A DNA stretch of 63,246 nt, counting the filler. It is 7 parts of 7 records of this genome, joined end to end, with 100 filler letters (N's around TTAATTAATTAA, not from the genome) between each part and the next. Parts side by side here need not be neighbours in the genome. Positions count along the whole stretch, not along the records: positions 54,930 to 63,246 come from SRR31156797_34112; 6 more parts are not named here. The stretch is one strand, 5' to 3'. Under the pieces are notes generated by a model. The model worked only from the letters and a program-made list of their open reading frames with translations, ran no database searches and was not told the origin of the DNA. Numbering within the stretch: position 1 is the stretch's first letter; each line of letters starts with the position of its first letter. Below, piece after piece: positions 59,405 to 63,246 of this stretch. The translations under genes were made by a program, and so were the position numbers.

Positions 59405-60739
59405 ATGACAAAAAGAAAAGTTCTCATTATGGGTGCTGCTGGTAGAGATTTCCACAATTTTAACACTTTTTTCAGAACAAACAAAGAGTGTGAAGTTGTT
59501 GCATTTACAGCAACACAGATTCCTGATATCGACGGAAGAAAATACCCCGCCGAACTTTCAGGCGAACTTTACCCACAAGGTATTCCGATTTATGATGAGT
59601 CAGAACTTCCAAAGCTTATCAAAGATCTCAACGTTGAAGAAGTAGTTTTTGCTTACAGCGATGTTCCTTACCAGTACGTAATGAATAAGTCTGCTCTTGT
59701 TAATGCTCTGGGCGCTGATTTCACACTTCTTGGCTATGACAAGACTAAGGTTAAGTCAACAAAACCTGTTATTTCTATTTGTGCTGCCAGAACTGGTTGC
59801 GGAAAAAGCCAGACAACAAGATTCATCTATGATATTTTCAAAAAGATGGGTAAAAAAGTTGTTGCTATTCGTCATCCAATGCCTTATGGCGATCTCGTTG
59901 CTCAGAAAGTTCAGAGATTTGCTGAGATCAAAGATCTTGAGTTCCATAAATGTACAATTGAAGAAATGGAAGAATATGAGCCACATATTGCTGCCGGAAA
60001 CGTAATTTATTCCGGTGTTGACTACGAAGCTATCGTAAGAAGCGCAGAAAAAGATGTTGCCGGTGAGCCTGATGCTATCCTCTGGGACGGCGGAAATAAT
60101 GATTTCCCTTTCTATGATGCAGATCTTAAGATCGTTGTAGTTGATCCTCTTCGTCCGGGACACGAAGTTAATTACTATCCTGGTGAAGTTAACGTATGCA
60201 TGGCTGATGTTATTGTTATCAATAAAATGGACAGCGCAACTCCTGAAGATATCGAAACAGTTAAAGCAAATTGTAAAAGACTTGCTCCTAATGCTGTTGT
60301 TATTGAAGCTGACAGTGCACTTTCAGTTAGTGCTGACATTAAAGGAAAGAATGTTCTCGTTGTTGAAGATGGCCCAACTCTTACACATGGCGAAATGAAG
60401 ATCGGTGCTGCTGCTGTTGCTGCAAAGAGAGCCGGTGTTGCTAAGATGGTCGATCCTAGACCTTTCGCTGTTGGTAAAATTGCCTACACATATGAAAAAT
60501 ATCCTAATATCGGTGAAGGGATCCTTCCTGCTATGGGTTATGGTGACGAGCAGAAAAAGGACCTCGAAGCGACAATTAATGCTATTGAAGCTGATGTTGT
60601 TCTTAGTGGTACTCCAATTGATCTTGGCAGAGTTGTTAAATCAAATAAGCCTATTGTAAAGGTTGGTTATGAGCTCAGTCCTAGAGGAAATGGTGCTACA
60701 GAACTTGAAAAGATCATAGTGAATAAGCTTTTCAAATAA
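59405..60739 (+). CDS. arcE: ArcE-like arginine synthetase / cyclic 2,3-diphosphoglycerate synthetase family P-loop protein
   Basis: IMGAAGRDFHNFN, AFTATQIP.I.GR.YP..L.G.LYP.GIPI, RTGCGKSQ, RHPMPYG, CTIEEMEEYEPH, WDGGNND, VEDGPTLTHG, LPAMGY; next to carbamate kinase. Confidence 0.75.
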   Translation: MTKRKVLIMGAAGRDFHNFNTFFRTNKECEVVAFTATQIPDIDGRKYPAELSGELYPQGIPIYDESELPKLIKDLNVEEVVFAYSDVPYQYVMNKSALVNALGADFTLLGYDKTKVKSTKPVISICAARTGCGKSQTTRFIYDIFKKMGKKVVAIRHPMPYGDLVAQKVQRFAEIKDLEFHKCTIEEMEEYEPHIAAGNVIYSGVDYEAIVRSAEKDVAGEPDAILWDGGNNDFPFYDADLKIVVVDPLRPGHEVNYYPGEVNVCMADVIVINKMDSATPEDIETVKANCKRLAPNAVVIEADSALSVSADIKGKNVLVVEDGPTLTHGEMKIGAAAVAAKRAGVAKMVDPRPFAVGKIAYTYEKYPNIGEGILPAMGYGDEQKKDLEATINAIEADVVLSGTPIDLGRVVKSNKPIVKVGYELSPRGNGATELEKIIVNKLFK

Positions 60740-60760
60740 GTTTTTAAAGTTTTGAAGTTT

Positions 60761-60793
60761 AAGGAGGCTCTTTTTGAGCCTCCTTTCTTTTTT
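60761..60793 (+). terminator. Intrinsic terminator between the arcE-like gene and arcC
   Basis: AAGGAGGCTC-TTTTT-GAGCCTCCTT followed by TCTTTTTT. Confidence 0.75.
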
Positions 60794-60806
60794 GAATGGA
60801 GTTTGC

Positions 60807-61745
60807 ATGAAAATAGTAGTTGCTCTTGGCGGAAATGCTCTAATTAAACCGGGAGATAAAGGGACAGTTGAAGATCAGGAAAGAAACATTAGAGCTTCTG
60901 TAGGCGGTATAGTTGAACTTATAAAAGATGGTCACGAAGTTATTGTCACTCATGGAAACGGACCTCAAGCAGGGTCAAGACTTATCAGAAATGAAATGGC
61001 AGAAACTGAAGTATATCCTGACCCGCTCGTAGTTTGCGTTGCAGACACGCAGGGCAGTATGGGTTATATGATCGAGCAAGGTCTAATGAACAGCCTTTCT
61101 AAAGCTGGCAAAAGACCTAAGATCGCAACACTTGTTACTCAGATAGAAGTGAACCCTAATGATTCAGCTTTTAGAAAACCTTCAAAACCTGTAGGACCTT
61201 TCTACAATCAGCAGAAAGCGCTTACAAAGATGAAAAATGGCTGGAAGATGGTTGAAGATAGTGGAAGAGGATATAGGCGTGTTGTTCCTTCTCCGATGCC
61301 TCTTCGCGTTTTAAACCCTAATGCTTTGACAACTCTTCTTGATGCCGGATTCACGGTTATCACGGGTGGTGGTGGCGGAATTCCTGTTTATCGCAAGGAG
61401 TCTGCGGGTTTTGTCGGTATCGACGCTGTTATTGATAAGGATCTTGCAAGCGTTATGATCGCGAAAACGATAAATGCTGATATGGTTGCAATTCTTACAG
61501 GTGTTGAGAAAGTTGCGATCGACTTTAAATCAGATGAACCTAAATGGATCGACAAAATGACTGCAAGAGAAGCTGAGAGCTATATGGCTCAGGGCGAATT
61601 TCCTGCAGGAAGTATGGGGCCGAAAATAAAGGCTGCAGTTGATTTTGTTAAGACTAATCCGGGGAAGAAAGTTCTAATCACTTCTGAAGATAAACTTCTA
61701 GATGCTATGAACGGAAAAACAGGCACCTTGATAGTTCACGGTTAA
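60807..61745 (+). CDS. arcC: Carbamate kinase
   Basis: VVALGGNAL, THGNGPQ.G, KPVGPFY, RRVVPSP.P, GGGGIPV, AVIDKD, GSMGPKI; GGAG before ATG 60807. Confidence 0.95.
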   Translation: MKIVVALGGNALIKPGDKGTVEDQERNIRASVGGIVELIKDGHEVIVTHGNGPQAGSRLIRNEMAETEVYPDPLVVCVADTQGSMGYMIEQGLMNSLSKAGKRPKIATLVTQIEVNPNDSAFRKPSKPVGPFYNQQKALTKMKNGWKMVEDSGRGYRRVVPSPMPLRVLNPNALTTLLDAGFTVITGGGGGIPVYRKESAGFVGIDAVIDKDLASVMIAKTINADMVAILTGVEKVAIDFKSDEPKWIDKMTAREAESYMAQGEFPAGSMGPKIKAAVDFVKTNPGKKVLITSEDKLLDAMNGKTGTLIVHG

Positions 61746-61811
61746 GAAAAGTTTCTGAAAGAATGTTTTTAAGATTTTATTATTTTTTGATTTGAAAGAT
61801 ATCTATAGTTC

Positions 61812-63245
61812 TTATAGACCACATTTTCCTTTAAAGCAGTTGCCGGAAGTACATTGACCACCAATAGTACATGTAGAGCCATATCCAAGACCATCTTTAA
61901 GACAAACACCAATTGGTCTTCCCTTCATTGTTGCGCTAAAGCATCCATAAGAGGCAGCAGTTTGGCCGCAGTAGGAATCAACTGGAGTTCCCGTTTTACC
62001 AAGACATGTTGCAAAACATGACGTTGTACTGAACTTATAAGTAGTTGTTACACTTGTAGTCGAAAAAGCACCAGGAAATGTAACAGAATAAGTTTCTCTG
62101 CAATAGGTTAATGTTGTGTCTGTGTTACAAACTGCGCCACTTGCTTCATCAGAACATGAGTCCGCATCATAGTAAGCCACATCGTTTGTATATGGAGAAG
62201 GACTTGCGCCTCTTTTCGAGGTATTTGTACAGTTGATAGTGTCTCCCCATGAATCAGGAACACATTTCTTGTATTTAGAGCTTCCGGCAGGAGCACAGAA
62301 AGTCTTGTCTGCTACATACCATGAGCTTTCTTTTGCACAATGTGCTGGAGCGTTTGGTACACAGTAGCTTATTCCGTCAGAACCGAAATCGTCAAGAGTA
62401 CAGTCATCTGAAATACACTGGTCGTTATTTTCACAGACATTGCCGTTTATTAACTGTGCTTTACATGTATCGTCTGTGTCACAGTAATAACCATTTGCAC
62501 AAGGATTTATGGAGCAGTCTCCACCAGCACACAGGCCAGTTGACCCGTCACAAGTATAAGGGCTGCAGTTTGTTGTTCCAAGAGAGCTTATATCACAAGT
62601 TCCGGCACCGTCACAGAATGCTGCTTCAGTAGAAATTGTATTTGCGCCGTTACATGATGGATCCTGACACTGAGTAGTATCCGGTAATAACTGACATGCG
62701 CCAGCACCATCACATTCGCCATTTCTTCCACATGTAGAAGGCTCTTCTTTGTCACATTCGTCATCAGGATCAGTTCCTGCAAGGATCGCTGTACAAGTTC
62801 CTTTAAATGTTTCGTTTATATTACAGCTTTCACAAAGACTATCGCAAACTTCGTTACAGCATACACCGTCAACACAGTTTCCGCTAACACAGTCATCTCC
62901 GGCATACTCGCCAAGATCACAAACTCCGCCATTTTCAACTAAAGGAAGGCAAAGGCTGTCCTTATCTTCATAAAAATCATCTTTACAACCTGTACACATC
63001 CATGTTCCACCATTGTCAACACATTTTCTGTTGCTCAAGTCACAAGGAGCGCATGGGTCAGGAGCGTCATCAACATCAGGAGTTTCTGTGTCATCATCAG
63101 CAACAACGGTGTCTTCATCAGCAACTATATCGTCATCGCCGGTATTTCCTGTGTCACCAGTATTTCCAGTGTCACCGGTATTTCCTGTGTTACCAGTATT
63201 TCCAGTGTCACCAGTGTTTCCTGTGTCACCGGTATTTCCTGTGTC
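61812..63245 (-). CDS. Cys-rich extracellular protein with GDT/GNT repeat stalk (5' partial)
   Basis: Frame open to the window edge; (G-D/N-T)n, acidic linker, then CVSGNCVDGVCCNEVCDSLCESC, GTDPDDEC and CDGAG.C modules. Confidence 0.8.
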   Translation of the reverse strand, partial: DTGNTGDTGNTGDTGNTGNTGNTGDTGNTGDTGNTGDDDIVADEDTVVADDDTETPDVDDAPDPCAPCDLSNRKCVDNGGTWMCTGCKDDFYEDKDSLCLPLVENGGVCDLGEYAGDDCVSGNCVDGVCCNEVCDSLCESCNINETFKGTCTAILAGTDPDDECDKEEPSTCGRNGECDGAGACQLLPDTTQCQDPSCNGANTISTEAAFCDGAGTCDISSLGTTNCSPYTCDGSTGLCAGGDCSINPCANGYYCDTDDTCKAQLINGNVCENNDQCISDDCTLDDFGSDGISYCVPNAPAHCAKESSWYVADKTFCAPAGSSKYKKCVPDSWGDTINCTNTSKRGASPSPYTNDVAYYDADSCSDEASGAVCNTDTTLTYCRETYSVTFPGAFSTTSVTTTYKFSTTSCFATCLGKTGTPVDSYCGQTAASYGCFSATMKGRPIGVCLKDGLGYGSTCTIGGQCTSGNCFKGKCGL

Positions 63246-63246
63246 A
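63139..63246 (-). repeat. Coding 9/18-bp tandem repeat (Gly-Asp/Asn-Thr)
   Basis: GGTATTTCCTGTGTCACC / AGTATTTCCAGTGTCACC units varying mostly at synonymous positions. Confidence 0.9.

Noticed and set aside
63139-63246. CRISPR array
   Set aside because: Contiguous 9/18-bp units without unique spacers, in frame, with mostly synonymous variation: a coding repeat. No CRISPR array, tRNA or rRNA was recognised anywhere in the window.

Overview
This window is not one locus. It is seven unrelated (meta)genomic contigs joined by six artificial 100-bp spacers (44 N + TTAATTAATTAA + 44 N). (1) 1-6262, AT-rich: DNA phosphorothioation operon dndBCDE with a tandem palindromic operator candidate and a convergent Mrr-type nuclease domain. 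(2) 6363-13720, Bacteroidota-like: CzcCBA-type metal efflux operon preceded by a His-rich lipoprotein and a His-rich leader ORF ending in RAPP (arrest-peptide candidate). (3) 13821-28405, GC-rich and alphaproteobacterium-like: TRAP dctPQM, pcaD-like hydrolase, usp, hspQ, pyrE, an OmpR-family two-component pair with a divergent periplasmic protein, and a peptide ABC operon interrupted by a lower-GC gene. (4) 28506-42693, spirochaete-like sugar locus: AraFGH-like ABC transporter behind a sigma54 promoter, NtrC-type activator, a soluble histidine kinase whose input domain is a degenerate sugar-ABC ATPase, three URO-D/methyltransferase-family paralogs, and epimerase-fold, LacI and AraC genes. (5) 42794-48489: AraC regulators, nitrilase, acyltransferase, decayed IS91-family transposase. 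(6) 48590-54829, very AT-rich: LacI-controlled sugar ABC operon with three operators, two SnoaL-like proteins and an unannotated 35-aa membrane peptide. (7) 54930-63246: leuS-holA, an ArcE-like (arginine synthetase/cDPGS family) gene plus carbamate kinase behind a tandem bulged-hairpin leader, and a Cys-rich protein with GDT/GNT repeats. The best novelty candidates are the ABC-ATPase-histidine kinase fusion, the tandem TAR-like hairpin leader of arcE, and the RAPP leader of the metal efflux operon. All calls come from reading motifs by eye; no database search or folding program was run, and taxonomic hints are impressions only.
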